DNA of 64,000 nt, taken from Acidobacteriota bacterium (GTDB lineage: Bacteria > Acidobacteriota > Terriglobia > Terriglobales > Acidobacteriaceae). Below are positions 27,515 through 36,546 of this stretch, one piece after another (the first letter of the stretch is position 1; every line of letters begins with the position of its first letter). Under the pieces are notes generated by a model. It saw only the letters and a program-made list of their open reading frames with translations, did not search any database and was not told the origin of the DNA. The stretch covers positions 11,656 to 75,655 of the forward strand of contig JBKOUZ010000042.1 of assembly GCA_046723715.1 (NCBI GenBank), given 5' to 3'. Both the position numbers and the translations under genes were made by a program.

Positions 27515-29326
27515 CTACGGTTTCTTCACCGGCTTCTTCGGCGTACGTTTTGCTGGCGCCTTCTTTGCCGGAGCCTTCTTCTCGCTCTCACGCCCACCGA
27601 TCAGGCTTAACGCATCGGTCGAGTTGAACGGGAACTGTCGCACTGATGTCTCGGTCTGGCCTGCCGAGTTCAACGTGACATCTACGCGACGATTGCTCGC
27701 CATGCGGATCAGGACAATCCTCGCCAGAGCCCGTTTGCGCTCTTCGGTAGTCAGATCGGGATTCTGCTCAATCGACTGCTTTACCTCGTCAGTGGTGAGA
27801 TTGTGCTCCTTGCCCAAGGCCTTGGTATCAATTGCTGCCTCGGGAACTCCATTCTCTACCAGGAAGCTCTTCACCCGAGCCACGCGACGCTCGGTGAGCG
27901 CCTGGTTGAATGCGGCGCTGCCACGATGATCAGCGTGACCTTCGAGCGTGATGCGCGCGTCCGGTTTGGCTTGCATGTATTTTTTGAAGTCTGTTGCCAG
28001 ATTCAACAGGATTTTCTGTTGCGACGGCAGCAAGCCGGCATTGGGATCCTTCGGCGTGGGCTGAGCAGTTGCGAAGTACACGCTGTGCAGAGCCAGACGC
28101 GCTTCCAACGCCTTATCGACGGGCGGAGGAGGAGGATTCTGGATCGTAACCTGGGTGGACGCTTCGCCAGTCAGGCTGCGGGAGTCGGTACACGTAGCCC
28201 TCACCGTTACAGGACCCGGCGGCAGGCCAGCGGTGTTCAGGGTAGCGCTATTGCCAGCTCCGGTGACGGTGCCGGAGGTAGAACTCCAGTTCGCGACCGA
28301 GACGGGCACACCATCAGGACTGGTGCAATTCGCCGTGAGTGTTACTGTCCCTCCCGGAGTCAGTTCTGTCGGGTTGGCCGACATCGACATGTTGGGTGGA
28401 TTCTTCGGCGGAAGCGGCTTAACGGTGTAATTCGCAGTACAGCTCGCTTCGTTGTTCGTCTTGGCCCTTGGATCGGTCACATGCGCCGACACGGCGTAGT
28501 TTCCTGGAGCCATATTGTTCGTGTCGATGGTCGCGGTCGTTTCTTTGCCAGTGACCTGTCCGCCGTTCCCACTCCACGTATAAGTCACCGCGTGCTTGGG
28601 ATTGAAGTTGCTCGCATTCACTGTCGCTGTAACTGGCTCCCCCACCATGACTTCAGTGGGCTGAACGGAGCAAGCTGCTGTTGGCGATACCGGCGGCGCG
28701 CCACCCCAACTGAATACCACGCCAGTGCGAAGCCGGGCGCCATCGAACGAGGGCCGCCTCAAGTTCGGGAATTGTGGAGCGGCAAAATCGGCGAAGTTCT
28801 GTCTGGCAAAAACATAGTCTGCTTCAAACACCCGCCAGGAGAACATCTTGCTAAATGGCAAATCCCAACCGCCGCCCAGGATCGCCCCGATGCCGTTGCG
28901 AGGGTCTCCCAGGCCATTCACGGAAAGCCGGTTATAACTGAACAGCGCGTGCAGGAAAAGATTGCTTCCTTCAGTGCGCCACATGAACCGGGGCCCCGCA
29001 GAAACAGTTGTTTCGTAGTTGCTGTTGCCCCAGTTATGCCCCAAATCGAACTCGGCACCCCAGTGCGGATCAAAGTTGTAAGTGAACGCCGCTCCAAAGC
29101 CGGGCGACATGTCCGGGATCTTGAACGGAGTCGGATTATTGGGATCGCCAAACGGAGCAGGTACCGTGCCACCCGGATGCAGCCACTGATAGCCGATGAA
29201 GATGTCATACTTTGGATTGGAATCGCTTTGCGCAAAGGCAGAAATCGAAATAGCCATCATTGCAGCGAGTATGCATAGGCACCACACAAGGGCCAACCGT
29301 GCGGGCCTGGTATTACGAGCTTTCAT
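27515..29326 (-). CDS. Multidomain OmpA-family protein (beta-barrel + two Ig-like repeats + OmpA_C + Lys/Pro tail)
   Basis: ATG at 29324-29326 follows GGAGGA, with signal peptide MKARNTRPARLALVWCLCILAAMMAISISAFAQ. OmpA_C motif ITLEGHADHRGSAAFNQALTERRVARV. Tail KKAPAKKAPAKRTPKKPVKKP. Confidence 0.88.
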   Translation of the reverse strand: MKARNTRPARLALVWCLCILAAMMAISISAFAQSDSNPKYDIFIGYQWLHPGGTVPAPFGDPNNPTPFKIPDMSPGFGAAFTYNFDPHWGAEFDLGHNWGNSNYETTVSAGPRFMWRTEGSNLFLHALFSYNRLSVNGLGDPRNGIGAILGGGWDLPFSKMFSWRVFEADYVFARQNFADFAAPQFPNLRRPSFDGARLRTGVVFSWGGAPPVSPTAACSVQPTEVMVGEPVTATVNASNFNPKHAVTYTWSGNGGQVTGKETTATIDTNNMAPGNYAVSAHVTDPRAKTNNEASCTANYTVKPLPPKNPPNMSMSANPTELTPGGTVTLTANCTSPDGVPVSVANWSSTSGTVTGAGNSATLNTAGLPPGPVTVRATCTDSRSLTGEASTQVTIQNPPPPPVDKALEARLALHSVYFATAQPTPKDPNAGLLPSQQKILLNLATDFKKYMQAKPDARITLEGHADHRGSAAFNQALTERRVARVKSFLVENGVPEAAIDTKALGKEHNLTTDEVKQSIEQNPDLTTEERKRALARIVLIRMASNRRVDVTLNSAGQTETSVRQFPFNSTDALSLIGGRESEKKAPAKKAPAKRTPKKPVKKP

Positions 29327-29673
29327 AACATCCTCCAAACGTAGTGTCGCCGGTGCTGGTGAACCCCGGCGGCCACCAAAATCCAGTGACAATGAGAACC
29401 AACGGGGAAAAATGACCTGCTTTTCTGGAACGCAGAATTCTATATCACTGAAGCTTATAGGGAAAGCTGGGCCGGAGGTATTGCTGTTTTTGGCACCCGC
29501 GACCTGCTGTTTTATCTCAAAATGAACTTGGCGGCAGAGAGCAGACAGTCCCCTAGGAACCACGCGGACCTTGTCTGGAGGGGATTGGCCGCGTATCGTG
29601 GAACCTCAGGTTTCAGTCAATGTCTGCGCCAGGTCGCGCAGCCAGGGACATCCGGCGGAACTAAAACGACTCC

Positions 29674-31077
29674 ATGAGCCACGAAAAGTTATTGATTGTT
29701 GAGGACGAAGAGAACGAGCGCTCCGGATTGGCAGAACTGGCGACCTCCTGGGGGTATCGGGTGGAGACCGCTGCTGATGGAGCGGAGGGGCTGGAAAAGG
29801 CCGTGCAGTGGTCCCCCTCCATTGTCGTCACCGATCTGAAAATGCCACGGATGGGTGGTATTGAACTGCTCGGACATCTCGCCGAACAGGCTCAAACCAT
29901 TGCCGTAATCCTGGTCACCGCCCAGGGCACGATTGATAGTGCGGTGCAAGCAATGCGCATGGGTGCATACGATTACATAACCAAGCCCATTGATACCAAC
30001 CGGCTGAAAACGATTTTGTTGAACGCATCCGCTTTATTGGGCACTCGGGCCGAATTGGAAGCGACTCGGCGCCGATTGCGCGACACCGGATCTCTGGGAA
30101 GGATGAGCGGCTCTTCCCGCAAAATGCAGGAGATTTTTCGACTGGTCGAAATGGTGGCTCCCAGCACAGCATCCGTTCTTATCACCGGCGCCAGCGGCAC
30201 GGGTAAGGAGTTGGTGGCGCGGACCATCCATGACCTTAGCCCGCGCAAAGATCGACCGTTTGTAGCCATCAACTGCGCCGCCATTCCTGAGACCCTGATG
30301 GAAAGCGAAATTTTCGGCCACGAGAAAGGTGCTTTCACCGGCGCTCTCGAACGGCGCACCGGCTGTTTCGAATTGGCCGAGGGCGGCACCTTGCTGCTTG
30401 ACGAGATCGGTGAAATGCCGATCGGCACCCAGGCCAAACTCCTGCGCGTGCTGGAAGATCGCAAGCTTCGACGCCTCGGGAGCAAGGTCGAGACCTCGGT
30501 TGACGTTCGGGTTCTCGCGGCCACTAACAAGATTCCCGACGAGGCTGTGTCCCGGGGAGAGCTGCGCAGCGACCTTTATTACCGGCTGAATGTGTTCAAC
30601 ATCCACCTGCCGCCCTTGCGCGAACATAAGGAAGATGTTCCAGGTCTCGTGCAACTTCTGCTGGCTGAGATGAGTGGCAAACACGGGCGCAAAGTCTCGG
30701 CCGTTAGCGAAGCTGTCTTGAACCAGTTCAATAACTACTCGTGGCCGGGAAATGTCCGTGAGCTGCGCAACACTATCGAACGCGCTGTCATCGTTTGCGA
30801 TTCCGGCATGATCGAGACCAAACATCTGCCTCCGGGGTTCGGCCAGGCTCCTTTGCGGACAGCAGCCAACGATCCGGATGCGGTGCGCCTGGGTGTGGGC
30901 ACCACGGTCGAGGAGGCAGAGAAGATGCTGATTCTTAAGACCCTCGAAGCCACGAGCAATAACAAGACCAGAGCGGCCGAGATCCTTGGCATCAGCCTCA
31001 AGACCCTTCACAATAAGTTAAAGGAATACGGCAGCTCCGCGGCGGAGACGGGGAAAGAAGAAGTGCCCAGCAGCTAG
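29674..31077 (+). CDS. Sigma54-dependent response regulator (NtrC family)
   Basis: LLIVEDEE...IVVTDLKMPR receiver, GASGTGKE, GAFTGA, and C-terminal HTH (AAEILGISLKTLHNKLK). Confidence 0.93.
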   Translation: MSHEKLLIVEDEENERSGLAELATSWGYRVETAADGAEGLEKAVQWSPSIVVTDLKMPRMGGIELLGHLAEQAQTIAVILVTAQGTIDSAVQAMRMGAYDYITKPIDTNRLKTILLNASALLGTRAELEATRRRLRDTGSLGRMSGSSRKMQEIFRLVEMVAPSTASVLITGASGTGKELVARTIHDLSPRKDRPFVAINCAAIPETLMESEIFGHEKGAFTGALERRTGCFELAEGGTLLLDEIGEMPIGTQAKLLRVLEDRKLRRLGSKVETSVDVRVLAATNKIPDEAVSRGELRSDLYYRLNVFNIHLPPLREHKEDVPGLVQLLLAEMSGKHGRKVSAVSEAVLNQFNNYSWPGNVRELRNTIERAVIVCDSGMIETKHLPPGFGQAPLRTAANDPDAVRLGVGTTVEEAEKMLILKTLEATSNNKTRAAEILGISLKTLHNKLKEYGSSAAETGKEEVPSS

Positions 31078-31105
31078 CCGGCGCATCCTCGCAAGCTTTG
31101 ACATC

Positions 31106-32992
31106 ATGCGGCGTAAAACCATAATCGTGCTGGTCATCACCTTGATGGTGACGGTGCTGGTTTCAGCGTTTTCATATCTCTACATCTCTCAGATCCTGCG
31201 CCTCCGCATTGCGAGTGCTTATGAGACCGCTACCAGCCTGACTCACCAGTTGGCCTATGCTGCAGGCAACGCAGTGCCGGATTTTAGCAGTACGTCCGTG
31301 GACACCAGTGATCCCGTCGCGCTCAGGCGCGCGCTCGCGGATTATGTTCAAACCGACGTCAGTCTCAACAATCTCTTGCAGTCCGATCCCGGCGACTGGC
31401 GATACATTTATGACGTCGCGATCGTGGACACCAGCGGCAAAGCATTGCTGCACACGAACGCCGCACTGGTAGGCAAAATAATCCCCCCTCGACCTGATTT
31501 TCAGGAAGTCGTCAGGACGCGATTCCGAGAGCAGATCCGGCTCGTTTTCAGTCCAGCTGCGGTCTATGACGTTTCTTATCCTCTGGAACTGAACGGGGCC
31601 CCTTTCGGCACCATTCGTCTTGGAGTGCAAACCGTTTTCCTTAAGAGTGAGGTGCAAGCCCGTCTCCTCCGCTCGCTTTATATTTCGGTCGCCCTCATTT
31701 TTGTCTCCCTGTTCTTCGCGGCGGGTATTTCCAATCTTGCGCTTGGGCCGCTGAAGGAAATCAACCGCAATCTGGACAACGTGGGCGCGGGGAATTCCGA
31801 ACCCCTCACTGGAGATGCGTCGGAACATGACGAGTACGGGCTGGTGACATTGAAAATTGCCAACCTCGGCCGGCAGATTCGTGACAGCCGCGAGATCTTT
31901 ACTGCGCTCAAGGACAATGTCGATCAGCTTATGGCAAAGCTCCAGGATGGGTTGATGCTCTTCGACCGCGACTCACGAGTCGTGCTGGTCAGCGCTCCTG
32001 TCGAAGGATTTCTTGGCCGGCCGCGAAGAGAACTCCTGGGGCGCACCGTACAGGACCTGTTCAATCGCAATTCCATGTTCGGATCGGCGCTGCTAAACGC
32101 CTTCGAGCGAAAGCGTCCAATCTTGCAGCGTGAGTTCGAGACGGCCTCGGGAAAGCGCGTTCAGTTATCCCTGGATTTCGTCCAGGAGAAGACGTCACAG
32201 ATCGGCGCCCTGTTGATCATGCGCGATGCCGAATCCGTGCGCCGTATTGGCGATGAGATTGAGATGTCCCGCCGCCTTTCGGCCAGTGGTCGCCTGACCC
32301 GCGGGGTCGCGCACGAGGTGAAGAACCCGATTAATGCCATCGTCCTTCACCTCCAACTTCTACAGAATAAACTCGCGAAACAGGAACCGGACACCCGCCG
32401 GCACGTCGACATCATCGACAGTGAGATCCGCCGGCTCGATCGCGTCATCCAGACGTTGGTGGATTTCACTCGTCCCCGCGATCTTCATCTGGAAGAAATC
32501 GATTTTCGCACCCTGCTCATTGACGTCACCCTGCTTGCCGCTCCCGATGCTGAGCAGCACGGGGTGACGTTGGAGCGACACATGCCGGAAATGCCCTTGC
32601 CTGTGAAAGTCGACGTCGATCTGATGAAACAAGCCTTTCTGAATGTTGTAATTAATGGTGTTCAGGCCATGCCGAATGGGGGCCTCCTCACCATTTCAGC
32701 AAGTCGAGAGAACGACATCATTGTGGCCGAAGTTCAGGATCAGGGTGCGGGAATTCCCAAAGAACTGCACGACAAAGTTTTCGAGCTCTACTTCACAACC
32801 AAGAAGGAAGGCAGCGGCATAGGCCTGGCGCAAACCTACCAGATTCTGCAGTGGCACTATGGATCGGTGGACTTCCAATCGGCGGAAGGTGCCGGAACCA
32901 TCTTCCGCTTTCAAATCCCCGCATTCGGCCCGGCCCCACAGGTCCGTCCGGAGCTTGAAGCTGATACCGCCAATTCGGGACGCGGCGACTGA
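31106..32992 (+). CDS. Membrane sensor histidine kinase (2 TM, HAMP, PAS, HisKA, HATPase)
   Basis: N-terminal TM, a periplasmic stretch of about 150 aa, a second TM plus HAMP, H-box GVAHEVKNPINAI, and G-boxes VQDQGAGIP / GSGIGLA. Confidence 0.9.
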   Translation: MRRKTIIVLVITLMVTVLVSAFSYLYISQILRLRIASAYETATSLTHQLAYAAGNAVPDFSSTSVDTSDPVALRRALADYVQTDVSLNNLLQSDPGDWRYIYDVAIVDTSGKALLHTNAALVGKIIPPRPDFQEVVRTRFREQIRLVFSPAAVYDVSYPLELNGAPFGTIRLGVQTVFLKSEVQARLLRSLYISVALIFVSLFFAAGISNLALGPLKEINRNLDNVGAGNSEPLTGDASEHDEYGLVTLKIANLGRQIRDSREIFTALKDNVDQLMAKLQDGLMLFDRDSRVVLVSAPVEGFLGRPRRELLGRTVQDLFNRNSMFGSALLNAFERKRPILQREFETASGKRVQLSLDFVQEKTSQIGALLIMRDAESVRRIGDEIEMSRRLSASGRLTRGVAHEVKNPINAIVLHLQLLQNKLAKQEPDTRRHVDIIDSEIRRLDRVIQTLVDFTRPRDLHLEEIDFRTLLIDVTLLAAPDAEQHGVTLERHMPEMPLPVKVDVDLMKQAFLNVVINGVQAMPNGGLLTISASRENDIIVAEVQDQGAGIPKELHDKVFELYFTTKKEGSGIGLAQTYQILQWHYGSVDFQSAEGAGTIFRFQIPAFGPAPQVRPELEADTANSGRGD

Positions 32993-33086
32993 AACGAATC
33001 TGTCTCCCCTGTCGCATTTCCTATGTCATGTTTCTGACAAAGGCGTAAGATTAAATATCTTCGGGAACACCCCGCTCGGATTCCGT

Positions 33087-33743
33087 ATGACTCTGGCCGC
33101 TATTTTCCTGTTTTTCCTTTTGGCTCCGGTTTCGGCAGCCCAACATCCTCAGGCTCCGGACACGAGTTCATCTCCACCTGCTCATGAGCCTTCGTCACAA
33201 GAAACGTTTCCTGCAACCCCATCCGCCACAAAACCCTCCGGCCAAACACCTGCAAAGAAGTCTACCGGGTCAAAAAAGGCCGGTTCGACGAAGTCCCATC
33301 GCAGCAAAAGGAAAACCACAGCCTCCCCGTGCGTCGCCACTACAGCCACCGATCACGCTGAGACTTCGAATTCCGCTAGCGCGCCACCTGATACTCCAGC
33401 ACATGCCCCAGCTCAACACTCGAATGCTTCCAAGGACTGCACTCCTCCAAAAACCATTGTCCGCCAGGGAGGAACAAAAGAGCCGAGCATCCAGCTGGCG
33501 GGAGGCACGGGCAATCAGGCGGCACGTGACGGCATTAACGAGTTGCTTGGCAAAACAGACGAAAACCTGAAGAAAACTTCAGGCATGCAGCTCACAACCA
33601 GCCAACAAGACACGGTCACGCAGACACGGCAGTTTATGGAGCAATCAAAAGCCGCCCTGTCGCAGGGAGACTTCGAACGCGCCCGCACTCTGGCCTGGAA
33701 AGCCCAGCTGCTTTCCGACGATCTCGTCAAACCAGAAAAATAA
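33087..33743 (+). CDS. Secreted low-complexity (Pro/Ser/Thr/Lys-rich) protein with helical C-terminus
   Basis: ATG at 33087 gives signal peptide MTLAAIFLFFLLAPVSAAQ. The track ORF (from 32859) overlaps the kinase gene and is unlikely to be real upstream of 33087. Confidence 0.6.
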   Translation: MTLAAIFLFFLLAPVSAAQHPQAPDTSSSPPAHEPSSQETFPATPSATKPSGQTPAKKSTGSKKAGSTKSHRSKRKTTASPCVATTATDHAETSNSASAPPDTPAHAPAQHSNASKDCTPPKTIVRQGGTKEPSIQLAGGTGNQAARDGINELLGKTDENLKKTSGMQLTTSQQDTVTQTRQFMEQSKAALSQGDFERARTLAWKAQLLSDDLVKPEK

Positions 33744-33759
33744 TGGATGCGGGCGCGGC

Positions 33760-34902
33760 TCACTTCCCCTTCGCGCGCGCGCTGTTCACCTTGGTTAAAA
33801 GATCCTGAGACATGGCCTGAAGCGGCCCGGGAATCTTCACCGCCTCCGTCAGTACTTCGCGGGCTTCGGTGAGCTTGTTCAACTTGCCGTAGGCGAAGCC
33901 CAATCCGTAGAGAGTTCGCGCGTATTGCTGCTCATCCTGTCCCTTGAGCAGTCCTGCGGCCGTCTTGAGCTCCGGAATGGCAGCCGTGCTCTTGTCTTGC
34001 TTGAGATACGCCCAGCCGATCGTGCTATGCGCAGCACCCGCCGAAAGTTTTCGAGACTTGTCCGCCTCGGGAGAATCCGCCTTGGCGACTTCAATGGCCT
34101 TCTGCGCGTAGGTGATCGCCTTTGCCGAGCTATTGGATTCGGCGTAATAATTCGCCATCAGCAACAGCGCCGGCAAGGAGTTTGGGTTTGCGGCCAATGT
34201 CTTTTCTCCGAAACTTACCAGCCGTGCCTGATCGTTCAACTGCCCCGGCCCCAGTGTGTACATAGCGTAATTGGAAACCTGCTCACCGAACTTTGAGTCC
34301 GGATATCCCGCCGTGAATTTCTCAATCTCAGTCATGCGACTTTTGGGATCGGTTTCCGCGGTAATGGCGTTGAATCCGCTGGTCTCCAGAAAATCACAGT
34401 TGTTCTGCGCCGCGGCTTTGTCTTCCGCGATCTTGCGCGCAAAGTCATCGTCGCTCATACCCTCGGGCTTGGTTTGTTTGGCGATAGAGTTACAAATCTC
34501 GCCCCCTCGTGCCGCATAGTCCATCAGCTTCAGATTGTTTTTTGCTTGCTGCGCAATGCCGGTCTGCGAGACCAGGATGTCCAGGTTATGAGGGGACGCG
34601 GTCAGCGCCTTGTCACCGTACTCGAGGGCCTTGGGCATGTCGCCGGCGCCCTCGTAGGCTTGCGCAAGTTGCCAGTTTCCATAAGCTACGGCCTGTGGAT
34701 TGGAGGAATACTTCTGAACGAAGTCCTCATACAAAGCCAGCTTCTTCTGAGCATCCTGCTCACTGGAAATCACTTGCAGCGCGTGGTCTTCATCCGTTCC
34801 CGCCGCGATCACGATGCGATCCATTTGTGCGCTCGCCTGCGAGATAAAGAACAGAGTTGAGGAAACAAGAGTCAGCAGCAGCGATCCCTTGCAGCGTCCC
34901 AT
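33760..34902 (-). CDS. Secreted TPR-repeat protein
   Basis: 380 aa with a signal peptide (LLLTLVSSTLFFISQASAQ) and multiple TPR-like helices. Confidence 0.75.
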   Translation of the reverse strand: MGRCKGSLLLTLVSSTLFFISQASAQMDRIVIAAGTDEDHALQVISSEQDAQKKLALYEDFVQKYSSNPQAVAYGNWQLAQAYEGAGDMPKALEYGDKALTASPHNLDILVSQTGIAQQAKNNLKLMDYAARGGEICNSIAKQTKPEGMSDDDFARKIAEDKAAAQNNCDFLETSGFNAITAETDPKSRMTEIEKFTAGYPDSKFGEQVSNYAMYTLGPGQLNDQARLVSFGEKTLAANPNSLPALLLMANYYAESNSSAKAITYAQKAIEVAKADSPEADKSRKLSAGAAHSTIGWAYLKQDKSTAAIPELKTAAGLLKGQDEQQYARTLYGLGFAYGKLNKLTEAREVLTEAVKIPGPLQAMSQDLLTKVNSARAKGK

Positions 34903-35019
34903 AGCCCGCCTCCGGATTACGAGAGAAGTGAGTCAATTTCCAAGCAGGCGAATCCTAGCGCTGAACGAGCCTGTGCGCAAGGGCCAAGCTCACTATAGAA
35001 AATGGTCATTCGGCCATTT

Positions 35020-35094
35020 AGTAATTGGGGATGGAAAGACCGATCGCCTTCGCATCTGACATTACTCAATTACCAAATTTCCCAATTACTCAAT
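35020..35094. repeat. AATTACT-type direct and inverted repeats upstream of the MFS gene
   Basis: ATTACTCAAT occurs at 35061-35070 and 35085-35094. CCCAATTACT at 35081-35090 is the exact reverse complement of 35020-35029. Confidence 0.7.
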
Positions 35095-35149
35095 CTGTTT
35101 CCCCCGTGTCTCCGTGGTGAATTCGTCCTCCCTCGGCTAAAGTAGAAAG

Positions 35150-36400
35150 ATGCGTGCAAGTTTCGTCAATCGTCCGTTACGTTTCGTTTTTGCCGCCAAC
35201 CTGATCTCGATGGTAGGCAGCGGAATGAATTCGGCTGCCGTTGCCTGGTACATCCTGCAAGCCACGCATTCTGAGATGGCGCTGGGAACCTTCGCCGTTC
35301 TGCAAACGCTTCCCGCGATGCTGCTGCTTCCCTTTACCGGTGTCGTGATCGACCGCGAAGATCGCCGAAGACTCGTAATGTGGCTCGATGCCATTCGCGC
35401 TGTGATCATTGTGATTGTGGCCATTCTCGCTTTTCGCCATCGGGTTCAAGTCTGGCAACTTTACCTGATGAACACCCTTGTGGCTGCAGGGTTTTGGATG
35501 TTCTGGCCAACAATTACAGCGCTGATTCAGGAACTCACTCCCGAGAGCCAGTTCGTGCAGTCCAACACATTCCTGCTTGCGGGAGTGCAGGGCGGATTCC
35601 TGATTGCAGGAGCCATCGTTGGATTCATCTACGACCACATTGGATTGGGCGGAGTATTGATACTCGATGTGTCAACTTATGTGCTCTCTTTCCTCTGCTA
35701 CTTTGCGGTGCGCAAAGGAAAGCACATCGTCATTAGCCCTCAGGAACTGCGGGCTGACATCGTGGCCGCGGAAACTCAATTCGAACGCTTCTGGCGCGAA
35801 ATGCGCGAGGGCTTACGGTTTCTTCGCGATCATCGGGCCGTGGTCCTGCTTGGCATAAGCTGGGCTCTTTTTCTCGGGGCGATGGTTACCGGAGTTGTCG
35901 TTACCCCATCTCTCAGCGACCGAGTCTTTCACGCCGGAGCCAAAGGCTATGGCTGGTTGAACGCTGGATGGGGCTCGGGCGCTTTCATCAGCGCCCTGTA
36001 TGCACCACACTTAATCGCGAGGCTTGGGGGACGACGGGCCATCGCGTTCTCCATGGCACTATTGGCGGTTTGCGTCGCACTGGCGCCAATCTCAGGATTT
36101 CTCGTGCTCGCCATAGCGACTTACTTCACCATGGGATCGGCTCGCGGAGTCGCCGGCGTCGCCATGAACACCAACCTCATGGAAATGGTTCCCAAGCACC
36201 TGATGGGTCGCGTGCAGAATACGTTCTATTTTTTCGGAACTTTTCTGCAACTGCTCCTGGCAATCTGCGTCGGCACGATCGCTCAAAAAGTCAGCCTGGT
36301 CGTGGCTTTCGCGATCTTGGCATCGGTCTACGCCTTGTCATTCATAGCCTCTAGTTGGCCTCTCGAGGCGAAGGTCGTCAAAGAAGTTGCCGCCGATTAA
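35150..36400 (+). CDS. MFS transporter
   Basis: 416 aa and about 12 hydrophobic segments. The N-terminus RPLRFVFAANLISMVGSGMNSAAVAWYIL is typical of EntS/MFS_3-like exporters. Confidence 0.85.
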   Translation: MRASFVNRPLRFVFAANLISMVGSGMNSAAVAWYILQATHSEMALGTFAVLQTLPAMLLLPFTGVVIDREDRRRLVMWLDAIRAVIIVIVAILAFRHRVQVWQLYLMNTLVAAGFWMFWPTITALIQELTPESQFVQSNTFLLAGVQGGFLIAGAIVGFIYDHIGLGGVLILDVSTYVLSFLCYFAVRKGKHIVISPQELRADIVAAETQFERFWREMREGLRFLRDHRAVVLLGISWALFLGAMVTGVVVTPSLSDRVFHAGAKGYGWLNAGWGSGAFISALYAPHLIARLGGRRAIAFSMALLAVCVALAPISGFLVLAIATYFTMGSARGVAGVAMNTNLMEMVPKHLMGRVQNTFYFFGTFLQLLLAICVGTIAQKVSLVVAFAILASVYALSFIASSWPLEAKVVKEVAAD

Positions 36401-36419
36401 TCCGGGTGCTCCCTTGGTT

Positions 36420-36444
36420 GTCATCCTGAGCAAAGCGAAGGATC
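36420..36444 (+). repeat. REP-like 25-mer GTCATCCTGAGCAAAGCGAAGGATC
   Basis: It differs at 1 nt from the reverse complement of 45887-45911. Intergenic, between the MFS gene and fabI. Confidence 0.8.
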
Positions 36445-36546
36445 CGTGTAACCCGGCGGCCACCTGAGAGATGCTTACTCAGGAGGGTGCATACATGGCA
36501 AACCGTCCGCGGCGCTGATATTCTTTTCCATTCCCAAGGAGCGAAA

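Noticed and set aside
27803-29278. 491-aa plus-strand ORF
   Set aside because: It is fully antisense to the OmpA-family gene. It is Arg/Gly-rich with no motifs, a typical shadow ORF in GC-rich DNA.
29491-29508. TGGCAC...TGC sigma54-like motif upstream of the second regulator gene
   Set aside because: The GG to GC spacing is 12 nt instead of 10, which is incompatible with functional -24/-12 promoters.
30034-31011. 325-aa minus-strand ORF
   Set aside because: It is antisense to the well-supported NtrC-family regulator gene and has no recognisable domain.
32859-33086. Upstream extension of the secreted low-complexity protein ORF
   Set aside because: It overlaps the kinase gene by 134 nt. The internal ATG at 33087 yields a clean signal peptide.
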